In this document: positions 35,777 through 45,212 of the stretch, piece after piece
Position numbering within the stretch: the stretch's first letter is position 1
How the letters are laid out: every line of letters begins with the position of its first letter
DNA from: Dehalococcoidia bacterium
Lineage (GTDB): Bacteria > Chloroflexota > Dehalococcoidia > Lucifugimonadales > JADFKI01
Assembly (NCBI GenBank): GCA_965200085.1
Contig: OZ241333.1
Location: forward strand, 547,704 to 611,703
Length of the DNA: 64,000 bases
Reading direction: 5' to 3'
Notes under the pieces: generated by a model
The model's database searches: none
The model's input: only the letters and a program-made list of their open reading frames with translations
What the model was told of the DNA's origin: nothing
Made by a program: the position numbers and the translations under genes

Positions 35777-36142
35777 CTAATCGTACACCGTCGTCTCGCT
35801 CGCCGGATGCGTCAAAGATATGTGCGAAAAATCCTCGCCGTCCACCGCGCCGTGCCAGTGCTTCTCGCCTGCCGGTATCAGCGCAGTATCCCCTTCGCCC
35901 ACCTCAACCTGCTCAGATTCGGTCGCTACATAGCCTTTGCCGCTGAGCACAAACAAAATCTGGTCGCTGGTGTGCGTGTGAAACTTGTTCTTCGCCCCGT
36001 TGAAAAAACTCACCTTGTTGAAGTTAAAATCCCCGCTCATGCCGCCGCCCACAATCGCCTCACCCGTAACCTTGCCGCCATAAAATATCGGCGCGTCTGT
36101 GCGGTCTTCCGCCTCGTTCTGTCCCTTCCTGACAACCTGCAT
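35777..36142 (-). CDS. Cupin-domain protein
   Basis: Two cupin motifs are present: G.KNKFHTHTSDQILFVLSGKG and IPAGEKHWHGA. Length is 121 aa. Confidence 0.75.
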   Translation of the reverse strand: MQVVRKGQNEAEDRTDAPIFYGGKVTGEAIVGGGMSGDFNFNKVSFFNGAKNKFHTHTSDQILFVLSGKGYVATESEQVEVGEGDTALIPAGEKHWHGAVDGEDFSHISLTHPASETTVYD

Positions 36143-36593
36143 CTGGCATTCTCCTTAGTAAGATAGTGTGATAGTGTGCAGTTTCGTTAGATATATTTAG
36201 GTATAAACAAACACTTGCTCTTGACCAGTCATCGTTGTTTCAACGGATTCAAACCATGGCAGACCGCCTACGCTGGCATAAGGCGCAGTTCCGCTCTAAC
36301 AATCCGATGCCAACCCTGATACGCCAACTCTTATACAATTATATACGATTACCCGCCGCATAAGCATAGACCAGCGAGCTAATGCGCCAAAATCCATAAC
36401 CGATTTCCACAAGCCGCACCCCATATCGGCGGCGTTGGATTGAACATCCCCCTCAACTTCCCGCTCAAGCCGCAAAAACACTTGTCATCGGTGCGCTTCT
36501 GCCGTAATGTATATGCGGCATTTTATAATAGCCGCCAACTATTAGCGAGCGGCAGCCAAAATAATCAGTGCCACAGGAGGGATCGAGCTAATC

Positions 36594-37571
36594 ATGAGAG
36601 CAGCGCGAATTGTGGGACCCAAAAATATCGAAATTGAAGAAGTGGACATCCCCGACATCATTGACGGCGAATGTCTCATTAAACTGGAAACTTGGTCGGT
36701 GTGCGGAAGCGACATCCGCCATGCTTACGGGCCTATTCAGCCTGAGGAAGAGTACCCAATGCGCGTCGGCGGTCCCTGCCACGAGTGCGCCGGGACTATC
36801 GTCGAAAGCCGATCAGACAAGTTCTCCGTGGGACAGCGCGTTATCGTACTCCCCGGACCTAACACAAGCGGCGGTCTAGTGGAGTACATCAACGGCCACG
36901 AAGGGCGCATGGCTGCCCTGCCGGACGAAGGCGATCTGTCCAGCTGGGTAATGTGCCAGCCGTCCGGAACCGTCCTATACTCCTGCCAGCAGATGGGCAC
37001 AATACTGGGCAAGGACGTGCTGGTTATGGGACAAGGCTCTATCGGGCTGTCCTTCACCGCGATATGCGCCCGTGCAGGCGCGCGTAAGGTCATCGCCGCG
37101 GACCTGTTTGACTATCGTCTGGAGTTCTCCAAGCGGTTCGGCGCAACTCACACCATCAATCCTAGCAAAGAGAACCTTGACGAAGCCGTTCTTGAACTCA
37201 CAGGCGGACAGGGCGCCGACATCACCGTCGAAGCGGCAGGATACAGCGACACACTCGAAGCCACCTTGCGCCTTGTCAAGAACCTAGGCACGACTATCAT
37301 CTTCGGCATACAAGAGAACGCATCTGAGGAGCGCGTCCCGCTTGACACATCGCTCTTCCTGCGCAAAGCGCCGACCATCATCCCTACTCAGGGTGCCTCT
37401 AGCGGCGACCCTATCACGCACATCGAGACGATGATTGCGCTGAAAGAGCGCGGCTGGTGGGATCCCGGTGAGATGGCAACGCACCTCATGAAGTTTGACG
37501 ATGTGCAGCGCGCCTATGACATGTACGAACAGCGCGAAGATAATGTCATCAAGTCCGTCATGACCCTGTAA
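36594..37571 (+). CDS. Zinc-dependent medium-chain alcohol/polyol dehydrogenase
   Basis: It has the catalytic-zinc context VCGSDIRH, the structural region GGPCHECAG and the Rossmann motif VMGQGSIGL. AGGAGGG lies upstream. Confidence 0.85.
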   Translation: MRAARIVGPKNIEIEEVDIPDIIDGECLIKLETWSVCGSDIRHAYGPIQPEEEYPMRVGGPCHECAGTIVESRSDKFSVGQRVIVLPGPNTSGGLVEYINGHEGRMAALPDEGDLSSWVMCQPSGTVLYSCQQMGTILGKDVLVMGQGSIGLSFTAICARAGARKVIAADLFDYRLEFSKRFGATHTINPSKENLDEAVLELTGGQGADITVEAAGYSDTLEATLRLVKNLGTTIIFGIQENASEERVPLDTSLFLRKAPTIIPTQGASSGDPITHIETMIALKERGWWDPGEMATHLMKFDDVQRAYDMYEQREDNVIKSVMTL

Positions 37572-37764
37572 CTTCCATAACCAAACGGCAGACCCCGCAG
37601 CATAGGTAAAACGGCGCATCAGCGTGGAAGCGCCCGACAAGTCCGTTCGTTACAGATGCTGCGGCAGTCTGCCAAATCGGTCAACCGCGTCCCGCACGAA
37701 CGGACACCGAAGTTGTCCAAACGAATTGCGTCAGCCAGATTCATCAGCCACATTCGGCGTACTC

Positions 37765-38787
37765 ATGGGACTGCTCATGTGCCTTTTCGCTTGCACAGCT
37801 GCAACTGAGGAAACACTTGCCTGTACCACCGACGGACAGGTGCTCAACTTGGGCTTCTACGCATTCTTTGCCCCCGTCAGCCACTCCGCCAGTGATGACC
37901 CCGCATCAGCCGACTTCAGAGCCCATCAAGGCTACGAAGCAGACCTGCTGACGGCGCTTGAAACGATGGAAGGCGCCGGCTTAAAGTTCGCTCGCAAACC
38001 CATACAGGCTTGGGACGACATCTGGCTGCTGTCATCTAAGCCGGAATACGACATCGTTGGCGGCGGAATAACTATCCTGGATAAGCGCACAAAGAACGCC
38101 GCAGGCGAGGAGGTTGTTGCTTTCACATCCGGACACATCGCATTCCGTCAATCGCTGCTGGTGCGATCGGAAGACGCAGATAGAATTAACGACTACGATA
38201 AGCTGAACAAAGATGTGCTTGTGGGGGCGCTCGCAGACACTACGGGCGAGGCACGCCTGCTCGTGCTAACGGGGATTGCGGATGCTGACGGTGTGCTTGC
38301 AGCAGGAACGCGCATACAAACGGCTCAAGGTGAAATTGTTGCGGACGGAAGCGCTGATTATTTCATCAGCGCTTCGAGTGAGTCGCCCAACTTACAAGGC
38401 AGGCGCCGCCTGTACCCGCCTTCGCCTTCGAATGATATGGATGACAATATGGATGACATGCCTCAGGTGATATATCTTGGCGATACAGCCGGAGAGCAGG
38501 AGCTTTTGGATGCACTCTCAGCAGGGGAGATAGACGCACTCGCGCGAGGTGAGCTGGGCAACCGCGATGCCGCGCACGCATCCGGCGGCGCATTCACAGT
38601 AACCGCTCTGGACTCCGAATTTGAGCTGGGCGGCTTCACACTTTCCGCCGATAATGCAGACCTTCTAGCCTGTATCGACGAAAAGATTAACTACCTCACA
38701 GACGAACGGCGCATCGGATACGGAGAATGGCGAGCGGATCCCAGCATCTTTATACAGCGCGCCCGAATGTGGACATCGGACAAATAG
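37765..38787 (+). CDS. Solute-binding-protein family 3-like periplasmic/lipoprotein domain protein, with no adjacent permease
   Basis: It has a short signal MGLLMCLFAC, then GFYAFFAP...GYEADLL.A...GLKF......W..I......EYDIVGGGITI..KR and a C-terminal EL.GFT.S..N..LL.CI.EKI. The track start at 37624 is a non-coding extension. Confidence 0.55.
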   Translation: MGLLMCLFACTAATEETLACTTDGQVLNLGFYAFFAPVSHSASDDPASADFRAHQGYEADLLTALETMEGAGLKFARKPIQAWDDIWLLSSKPEYDIVGGGITILDKRTKNAAGEEVVAFTSGHIAFRQSLLVRSEDADRINDYDKLNKDVLVGALADTTGEARLLVLTGIADADGVLAAGTRIQTAQGEIVADGSADYFISASSESPNLQGRRRLYPPSPSNDMDDNMDDMPQVIYLGDTAGEQELLDALSAGEIDALARGELGNRDAAHASGGAFTVTALDSEFELGGFTLSADNADLLACIDEKINYLTDERRIGYGEWRADPSIFIQRARMWTSDK

Positions 38788-38961
38788 GTTCGGATAGAAG
38801 TATCGGAAATAGTAACCGCAAATCGATCACTTCCCGATCACTTTCATTGTTGCGTTCGGGGATGGTTGTGAGAATGTCCGAGCGAGATATTTGTTGTGTT
38901 TGTAATTTTCGTGATGTTAATATTATCAACGATCTAAAAATAACCTAAATGGAGGTATTAT

Positions 38962-39609
38962 ATGAGAGGTTCTAGGATTTCTTGGGCTGCGATTTCAGGG
39001 GCATTTGCGGTAGCCTTAGTTGCAGCAGCAATGCTCTTGCATATTGGCGCACAAAATGTGGCGGCGCATACTGTGATAGAAGACCCTGACGACAGTACGA
39101 AGGCATGCGTCGAGATAACTGAAAGCGACTACGGCATGACGGACAAGCCGGGTATTGTTAGCTACGCATACAAGTATCGCATGATGGCACAAGGGCAAAG
39201 CTTCAGCAGTGAAATGGCTATCAGCTCCTGGCCAATTAATGTGTGCAGCTTGGAGAAAGGCAAAAAGTATGCGTTCAGAGTATATGGGAAGAACGCTAAT
39301 GGCAAATCCAAATATGGCAAAATGATTCGTTTCCGCGCTACCCCTCCTTTGACAGGGAATACCGTTTCGTACACCGTATCGTGGACTGCCGACAGCTCCA
39401 TGTACACAAACGGATATAAAATAGGATACCGCGCGAAGGGACAGCCGGCTAAGTACGATCCTATAATGGTGTCCGACCCTGCTGCATCTTCTCAGGAGAT
39501 AACGGGTCTCATGCCTAGCACGGATTACATCGTTAATATCTGGGGCATCAAGAGCAATAACTCCAAGACCAAGGTAGATAGAGTAACCTTTACTTCGCCT
39601 TCCAGTTAA
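38962..39609 (+). CDS. Secreted protein with two FN3-like modules, in an AT-richer segment
   Basis: It has the signal/TM AAISGAFAVALVAAAMLL. The modules end in KKYAFRVYGKNANGKSKYGKMIRFRA and ITGLMPSTDYIVNIWGIKSNNSKT..VTFTSP. GGAGG lies upstream. Confidence 0.6.
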   Translation: MRGSRISWAAISGAFAVALVAAAMLLHIGAQNVAAHTVIEDPDDSTKACVEITESDYGMTDKPGIVSYAYKYRMMAQGQSFSSEMAISSWPINVCSLEKGKKYAFRVYGKNANGKSKYGKMIRFRATPPLTGNTVSYTVSWTADSSMYTNGYKIGYRAKGQPAKYDPIMVSDPAASSQEITGLMPSTDYIVNIWGIKSNNSKTKVDRVTFTSPSS

Positions 39610-39698
39610 CCCCCGGCACTTCATAACATTGTCATTATGTTGCTCTGCTGCTGGTGGTGAGTAATATCACCCCTTGCCTACGGAAGCGCTGAAGAAAA

Positions 39699-39744
39699 AA
39701 TGGAACGGGAACGCCATCAATGTCGGTGGCGTTCCCGTTCCATT
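39699..39744. terminator. Long perfect hairpin between convergent genes (bidirectional terminator candidate)
   Basis: An 18-bp stem AATGGAACGGGAACGCCA/TGGCGTTCCCGTTCCATT has a 10-nt loop. It is preceded by GAAGAAAAAA and followed by TTGAC. Confidence 0.55.
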
Positions 39745-39897
39745 TGACATCGCTTGATTATCATATCTGCTGTAGCAGGACTAGGCGCGCAGCACAGCCC
39801 CCGACAATCAGCGAGCGGGACTTCTTCCTAGTGAGGTCATCCGCGCCGTCATCCCATAGCGCCGTGATACAACACTTTGATGCCTACTCGCTGATGC

Positions 39898-40608
39898 CTA
39901 CTCGCCGCTCTCTTCATGGTAACGCTGTATAGTTGCATCCGTCGGCGGATAATACTTGCCCGGAGCCACGCCCTCATTCTCTATCAAACCTTTAATATAC
40001 TCCTCCACCGCTTCGTGCTCTTCCACCCAGTCTATCACCTGCTCCACGATACACTCCGGCACTACCACAACCCCATCATCATCCGCCACAATTAGATCGC
40101 CCGGGCGCACCGCCACACCGCCGCATCCAATGGTAACATTCGCCTCGAACGGGTCGATTTCGTCTGCGCCGCCCATAGGCGTTCTGCCACCCGCGAACAC
40201 CATCAGCCCGTAATCCTTCACAATATCCAAATCTCGGATAGACGCATCCGTAACCAGCCCCGCTGCGCCTTGCATCTTCAGCTGCAGCAGCTTCACATCC
40301 CCTCCGATAGCCGCATACTTCTTGCCCATCCCGTCGATGACCAGCACGTCTCCGGCATCACACGAACCCATCGCCTCGTACTCCGGCGAATCCGCGCCGC
40401 GGTGCGTTTCAGCAATAATATCTTTGCGCGGCGGAACAAAACGGAGCGTCTTCGCCCTGCCCACGAGCATCCCGCCGGGTGTGAACGCATGCACATCGCG
40501 CATAAAGCACGGCTCATAGCCGAACATGCGCACCGCGCTGTACACCGTCGCGCCCGCAACCTTCTTATACCGTTCGATAATCTCCTGAGTAATAACACCT
40601 TCTGCCAT
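39898..40608 (-). CDS. RraA-family protein (4-hydroxy-4-methyl-2-oxoglutarate aldolase / oxaloacetate decarboxylase-like)
   Basis: It has GDVLVIDG....AA.GG.....K..G.AGLVTDASIRD and PGDLIVADDDGVVVVP. GGAGG lies 5 nt before ATG 40608. Confidence 0.85.
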   Translation of the reverse strand: MAEGVITQEIIERYKKVAGATVYSAVRMFGYEPCFMRDVHAFTPGGMLVGRAKTLRFVPPRKDIIAETHRGADSPEYEAMGSCDAGDVLVIDGMGKKYAAIGGDVKLLQLKMQGAAGLVTDASIRDLDIVKDYGLMVFAGGRTPMGGADEIDPFEANVTIGCGGVAVRPGDLIVADDDGVVVVPECIVEQVIDWVEEHEAVEEYIKGLIENEGVAPGKYYPPTDATIQRYHEESGE

Positions 40609-40798
40609 TATCGCCTCCATCTGAACTTACTTTTTCCATGCATAACACATCAGTATGAAAGATGAAAGTTATTTTACACGAATAAGCGCTATACGCCGTA
40701 CAGCCGCAACCCGTACTGTAATACACCATTCATACATATTATCGTCCTCTGTGGTAATATAAGCCTTGTGAAATCCAAACCAATACGAGGTGATATGC

Positions 40799-43060
40799 AT
40801 GACAACAATGATACCCCAGGAAGAATACAAGGTCGTCGGCACGCGCCCCGTGCGGCATGACGGCGTTGACAAAGTAACCGGCCGCGCCCTCTACGGCGCC
40901 GACATGAACCTCGCCGGGCTGCTGCACGGCAAAGTTCTGCGCAGCCCGCACGCCCATGCGCGCATCAAATCCATCGACACCAGCAGAGCCGAAGCGCATC
41001 CCGATGTCAAGGCGGTCGTTACATCCGCCGACTTCGCTCCTATGTCGCCTATTCCTCAGGTCGCGCGACAGGGTGTTCCCATCGCCGAAAACGTCCTCGC
41101 CAAGGACAAGGTTCTCTACAAAGGACACCCCATCGCCGCAGTGGCGGCAGTCAACCCGCATGTCGCGGAAGAAGCGCTCGCGCTCATCGATGTGGAGTAT
41201 GAAGTGCTGCCCAGCGTGTCAAACGTCGAGGACGCTCTTGAACCGGACGCGCCCGTACTGCACGAGCACTGGATAGAGCGCGGTGGCGACGGTATCATCC
41301 CCGCAAGCAAGAACATCGCCGACCACGAACAGCACATTTTCGGCGACATTGAGGCAGGTTTCGCCGCTGCTGACAGGGTGTTCGAGCGCGAATACCGCAC
41401 CAAAACGGTGCATCAAGGCTACATCGAGCCGCACACTGCCACCGCGCTCTGGACAGCAGACGGCGCGCCAAACGACCGGCTCACCATTTGGAGCAGCAGC
41501 CAAGGCCACTTCGCCATGCGCGACAGCACAGCCGAAGTTCTGGGCATTCCGAACTCGCAAATCAAAGTAATCCCGATGGAGATTGGCGGCGGATTCGGCG
41601 GCAAAACGCTCGCATACCTCGAAGCCGTATCATCGGCGCTCTCCCGCAAGAGCGGCAAGCCCGTCAAATCAACAATGACGCGCACGGAAGTCCTCGAAGC
41701 ATCCGGTCCTACAGCCGGCGGCTACCTGAAATGCAAAATCGGTGTAACTGACGAAGGGCGCATCACCGCCGCCCAGATTTACTTCGCCTTCGAAGGCGGC
41801 GCATATCCCGGCGCGCCATTGCCCGGCTCTTCCGCCGCCGTCTTTGCTCCATACTACATCGAAAATGTCCGTATCGACGGCTACGACATCATGACGAACA
41901 AACCCAAGACAGCAGCGTACCGCGCTCCCGGAGCACCAATAGTTTGCTTCGCGTCCGAAAGCCTTATAGACGAGATTGCTCAGTCGCTCGATATGGATTC
42001 CGTGGACTTCCGACTGCTGAATGTCGCAACTCCCGGCACGCGCAGAGCAGACGGCGTACTAAACGGCCCCATCGGCGCAAAAGAGACAATGGAAGCCATC
42101 AAAGCGCATCCACACTACAACACTCCGCTGGAAGGCGCAAACCGAGGACGCGGCATCGCAATGGGATTCTGCCGCAACAACTCCGGCATGGCATCCGCCA
42201 TCGCCAACGTCCTCTCCAACGGCACCGTCAGCCTCATCGAAGGCAGCATGGACATCGGCGGCTCGCGCACCGCAATTGCTCAGATGTTCGCCGAAACGCT
42301 CGGGCTGCCAATCGAAGATGTCATACCCACCGTCGGCGATACCGACTCCGTAGGCTACACATCCACATCCGGCGGCAGCGGCGTAGCCTTCAAATCCGGC
42401 TTCGCAGCCTTCGAAGCCGCAAACGACGTCAAGCGTCAGTGCATCCAGCGCGCCTCCATGCTCTGGGAAACCGACGAAGACCAAGTCGAGTATGCGGACG
42501 GTGGACTGCGCCACAAGTCCGACACCGAACTCACCATGTCCTTCAAGGAAATCGCATCCCGCATGCCCGAAACAGGCGGTCCAATAGTCGGCAGGGCAAA
42601 CATGAACCCTGGCGGCTCCGCAGGCTCGTATGCCGCCAACATCGTGGACATCGAAGTTGACCCCGAAACCGGCAAAGTCGAGATTCTGCGCTACACCGCC
42701 TTCCAAGACGTCGGCATCGCAGTGCATCCCAGCTACGTCGAAGGGCAGATACAGGGAGGCACGGTGCAGGGTATCGGCTGGGCGCTCAACGAAGAGTATT
42801 ACATGAGCGCAGACGGCGCCATGCTTAACAGCAGCCTGCTCGACTACCGCATGCCCACCGCGCTCGACCTGCCCATGATAGAAGCCGTCGTGCTAGAAGT
42901 GCCCAACCCGGCGCATCCATACGGCGTAAAAGGCGTCGGCGAAGCCAACATAGTTCCGCCACTCGCCGCACTCGCCAACGCCATCCACGATGCAGTCGGC
43001 GTCCGCATGTACGATCTCCCCATGAACCCGCAGGCAGTAACAGCAGCAATCGCCGAATAA
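40799..43060 (+). CDS. Molybdopterin-binding large subunit of a xanthine dehydrogenase / aldehyde oxidase / CO-dehydrogenase family hydroxylase
   Basis: It has VGTRPVRHDGVDKVTGRALYGAD, HQGYIEPH, GGGFGGK, YRAPGAP and GVGE..IVPP motifs in about 750 aa. No Fe-S or FAD subunit gene is adjacent. Confidence 0.88.
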   Translation: MTTMIPQEEYKVVGTRPVRHDGVDKVTGRALYGADMNLAGLLHGKVLRSPHAHARIKSIDTSRAEAHPDVKAVVTSADFAPMSPIPQVARQGVPIAENVLAKDKVLYKGHPIAAVAAVNPHVAEEALALIDVEYEVLPSVSNVEDALEPDAPVLHEHWIERGGDGIIPASKNIADHEQHIFGDIEAGFAAADRVFEREYRTKTVHQGYIEPHTATALWTADGAPNDRLTIWSSSQGHFAMRDSTAEVLGIPNSQIKVIPMEIGGGFGGKTLAYLEAVSSALSRKSGKPVKSTMTRTEVLEASGPTAGGYLKCKIGVTDEGRITAAQIYFAFEGGAYPGAPLPGSSAAVFAPYYIENVRIDGYDIMTNKPKTAAYRAPGAPIVCFASESLIDEIAQSLDMDSVDFRLLNVATPGTRRADGVLNGPIGAKETMEAIKAHPHYNTPLEGANRGRGIAMGFCRNNSGMASAIANVLSNGTVSLIEGSMDIGGSRTAIAQMFAETLGLPIEDVIPTVGDTDSVGYTSTSGGSGVAFKSGFAAFEAANDVKRQCIQRASMLWETDEDQVEYADGGLRHKSDTELTMSFKEIASRMPETGGPIVGRANMNPGGSAGSYAANIVDIEVDPETGKVEILRYTAFQDVGIAVHPSYVEGQIQGGTVQGIGWALNEEYYMSADGAMLNSSLLDYRMPTALDLPMIEAVVLEVPNPAHPYGVKGVGEANIVPPLAALANAIHDAVGVRMYDLPMNPQAVTAAIAE

Positions 43061-43101
43061 AGCCGCCGAACATCGCCCTAAGTCCTGTGTACTAACATAT
43101 C

Positions 43102-43134
43102 GGGGACGGCTTTCAAGCCGTCCCCGTTTGCTTG
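43102..43134 (+). terminator. Rho-independent terminator after the hydroxylase gene
   Basis: The hairpin is GGGGACGGC-TTTCAA-GCCGTCCCC, followed by GTTTGCTTG. Confidence 0.6.
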
Positions 43135-43261
43135 CAATTCCACCAGCATTCCATAGCGAACGAAATCTTAAGCAGAGGCATTTTTGTACTGATAGCTGCG
43201 AGATTTTGCCTATATGATAATAGATCACATTTTCGCAAATGTGCTATGATGCAAGTAGAAT

Positions 43262-44107
43262 GTGAGAAGTATAGAAATGCAAATCAACAGCACAGGCGAA
43301 ATGCAAGTAATTACCACACCAACCTTTGACTGGCTCGCCGAACAGGCAATGGCTTGCAAGTCGCGGATGCTCATCGGAAGCCCTTATGTCAATGACGGAA
43401 TCACCGACTTAACAAATCTAGTCCCGGGAAAAGTATCCCGAACGCTCATCACACGCATGGACTTGCGCAATTTCGCCGTTGGCGCATCCAACCTGGATAC
43501 ACTTTGCGCCTTGGCGCAAGACGGTATAAGAATCCGCAGTTTAAGTAATCTTCATGCCAAGATATACATTTTCGACGACAAATCTGCGTTGGTTACTTCT
43601 GCGAACGCTACATTCTCCGGTTTGTACCGCAACCTCGAATGTGGAATAGGGCTATCAGACAAACCCGTCGTCGAGCAGCTGGCGGATTCGTTGTTGACAG
43701 GGTTCGGTACGGAAACATCCCCTTCTTGTCCATTGAAATTAGACGAGCTTGAATCTCTGCAAATACCTCTAAAAGCCATCAAAGCATCATTGCCACATCA
43801 GCCTCGTGAAATCTCCGAAGGCGACAATCCACCTACAGTTGACGCAGAGTTCTCCATATCTGACCCAAAAGCCCTGTTAGAAGGGTTCAGCGGATGGCAG
43901 AAACTCACATTGAGAGGGGTGTTGGCGATGCCGGAGGAGGGATTTGTACTGGACGAATTGTTTAATGTATGTGCGCCTATAGCAAAAGAGGAATATCCGA
44001 ACAACCGCAATGTCCGCCCAAAACTGCGTCAGCAGCTCCAAATGCTGCGTGATTTGGGGCTAGTAGAGTTTGTAAGCCTCGGACGATATAGGCGCACGAT
44101 GAGCTAA
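43262..44107 (+). CDS. Single-HKD phospholipase-D-family (Nuc/BfiI-type) nuclease with a C-terminal winged-helix-like domain
   Basis: The HKD motif is LHAKIYIFDDKSALVTSANATFSG (H98 at 43553-43555, K100, D105/106, N115). The C-terminus NRNVRPKLRQQLQMLRDLGLVEFVSLGRYRR resembles wHTH tails seen on restriction-type nucleases (recall only). The start may be ATG 43277. Confidence 0.75.
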   Translation: MRSIEMQINSTGEMQVITTPTFDWLAEQAMACKSRMLIGSPYVNDGITDLTNLVPGKVSRTLITRMDLRNFAVGASNLDTLCALAQDGIRIRSLSNLHAKIYIFDDKSALVTSANATFSGLYRNLECGIGLSDKPVVEQLADSLLTGFGTETSPSCPLKLDELESLQIPLKAIKASLPHQPREISEGDNPPTVDAEFSISDPKALLEGFSGWQKLTLRGVLAMPEEGFVLDELFNVCAPIAKEEYPNNRNVRPKLRQQLQMLRDLGLVEFVSLGRYRRTMS

Positions 44108-44155
44108 ACAAAGAGTCGATCTGACGTCGAATTAGTTTTAATGCGAGGATGGCAT

Positions 44156-44365
44156 ATGGCTACCCAAAATTCCAGATACGCCTGCCCCCACTGTGGAAGT
44201 AATGAGGTGAGAGGGGATTTCGATACATATCCAGTTTTTCTTGCAGAGGGGGATAGGCTCGTTTATCAGCGATTAGAGTCCACTCACGCAGGAGTGTTGG
44301 AACTCTATTGTAATTTTTGTCATGAATTGATAACTGATGACCTGGATGATGTGCTAATCGAGTAA
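44156..44365 (+). CDS. Small zinc-ribbon protein (about 69 aa)
   Basis: CPHCGS ... CNFCHE form two CxxC pairs 43 residues apart. It is tightly spaced between the two nuclease genes on the same strand. Confidence 0.55.
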   Translation: MATQNSRYACPHCGSNEVRGDFDTYPVFLAEGDRLVYQRLESTHAGVLELYCNFCHELITDDLDDVLIE

Positions 44366-44408
44366 AGACTTCACTGCTACCAATTCGAGACCGATTAGGA
44401 AGCCTCAC

Positions 44409-45197
44409 ATGCCACACTTTCCACCGCCCATGACACAGAGATGGAACGCGATTCTTGAACGACACGAAATCGACAAGCACGATTTCGACAACGCGCCATT
44501 TACTATATCATCCAAACAAATAGGCAAGGCTTGTCAAAGCTTCCCAAGGCCAAGCCAAAAAGAAGCACGAATCTTATGCAAGCACGACACCAGAGAGTCG
44601 CGCCCTCAAGCCTTCCGCGAGAGAGGTCTTTTTATTCTGCCTGTCAAAAATGGGCATTATGTTATCGTCAAAGGTGAAGGATATACAGATGTTCCGCCGA
44701 TTCGCTCCCCGTTGCTTGAATATCGTAGTGAATTCCCCTTTGAACTGGAAACAACACAAGTCGGTAACTCAGAGATGCAGCATCTTGACAGAGCTTATGC
44801 TCAGAGTTTGATTCGCCATTTTACTGGCGACGAATCGTTGGTGCTAACCATTCGGGGTAGAAAATACACCGGCGAATTCGAGTTCGTAACCGGCGAATTT
44901 CAGATTAATGTGGAGAGCGTTCAAACCGAAGTTGACGCAGGTTACGAAGGCGAAAATCAAGTTGTATTAGTCGAGGCAAAAAGCGGAACCGCCACCAACA
45001 CAATCATCAGACAACTCTACTATCCGTTTCGGCAATGGCAACAGCACACGACGAAGCCGGTTTCTACACTTTTCTTTCAGCGTACGGCTGGAGACGAACA
45101 CCACATCTGGCACTTCGGATTTGACGACCTGAATGACTATAACAGCATCCGCCTACTGAAGTCCGCCCGCTACAAAATCATCCTTCCGCATCACTGA
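44409..45197 (+). CDS. PD-(D/E)XK restriction-endonuclease-like protein
   Basis: EVDAGYEGENQVVLVEAKSG gives D176-x12-E189-x-K191, followed by IIRQLYYPFRQW. The N-terminal EARILCKHDTRESRPQAFRERGLFILPVKNGHYVIVKG resembles N-termini of predicted type II REases (recall, unverified). AGGAAG lies 6 nt before the ATG. Confidence 0.55.
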   Translation: MPHFPPPMTQRWNAILERHEIDKHDFDNAPFTISSKQIGKACQSFPRPSQKEARILCKHDTRESRPQAFRERGLFILPVKNGHYVIVKGEGYTDVPPIRSPLLEYRSEFPFELETTQVGNSEMQHLDRAYAQSLIRHFTGDESLVLTIRGRKYTGEFEFVTGEFQINVESVQTEVDAGYEGENQVVLVEAKSGTATNTIIRQLYYPFRQWQQHTTKPVSTLFFQRTAGDEHHIWHFGFDDLNDYNSIRLLKSARYKIILPHH

Positions 45198-45212
45198 TCT
45201 CTCGGCACCCCC

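Noticed and set aside
41944-42727. Long ORFs in alternate frames or antisense inside real genes. Examples: 41944..42660 (+, Arg-rich), 42059..42727 (-), 50299..51075 (-), 53218..54102 (+), 34983..35666 (+), 34305..34805 (+), 15329..15913 (-), 15898..16470 (-), 16534..17346 (-), 14473..14988 (-), 11421..12005 (-), 39016..39624 (-), 62890..63438 (+), 63290..63952 (+), 2144..2746 (+), 25346..26023 (+).
   Set aside because: They overlap well-supported genes with clear family motifs. They have skewed Arg/Pro/His/Ala-rich composition typical of shadow ORFs in GC-rich DNA, and they lack ribosome-binding sites or recognisable motifs.
44105-44158. The PLD gene and the Zn-ribbon ORF are in the same frame, suggesting a read-through fusion.
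   Set aside because: The separating stop is TAA, not TGA. A plausible ATG (44156) exists for the small ORF, and same-frame adjacency has a one-in-three chance.
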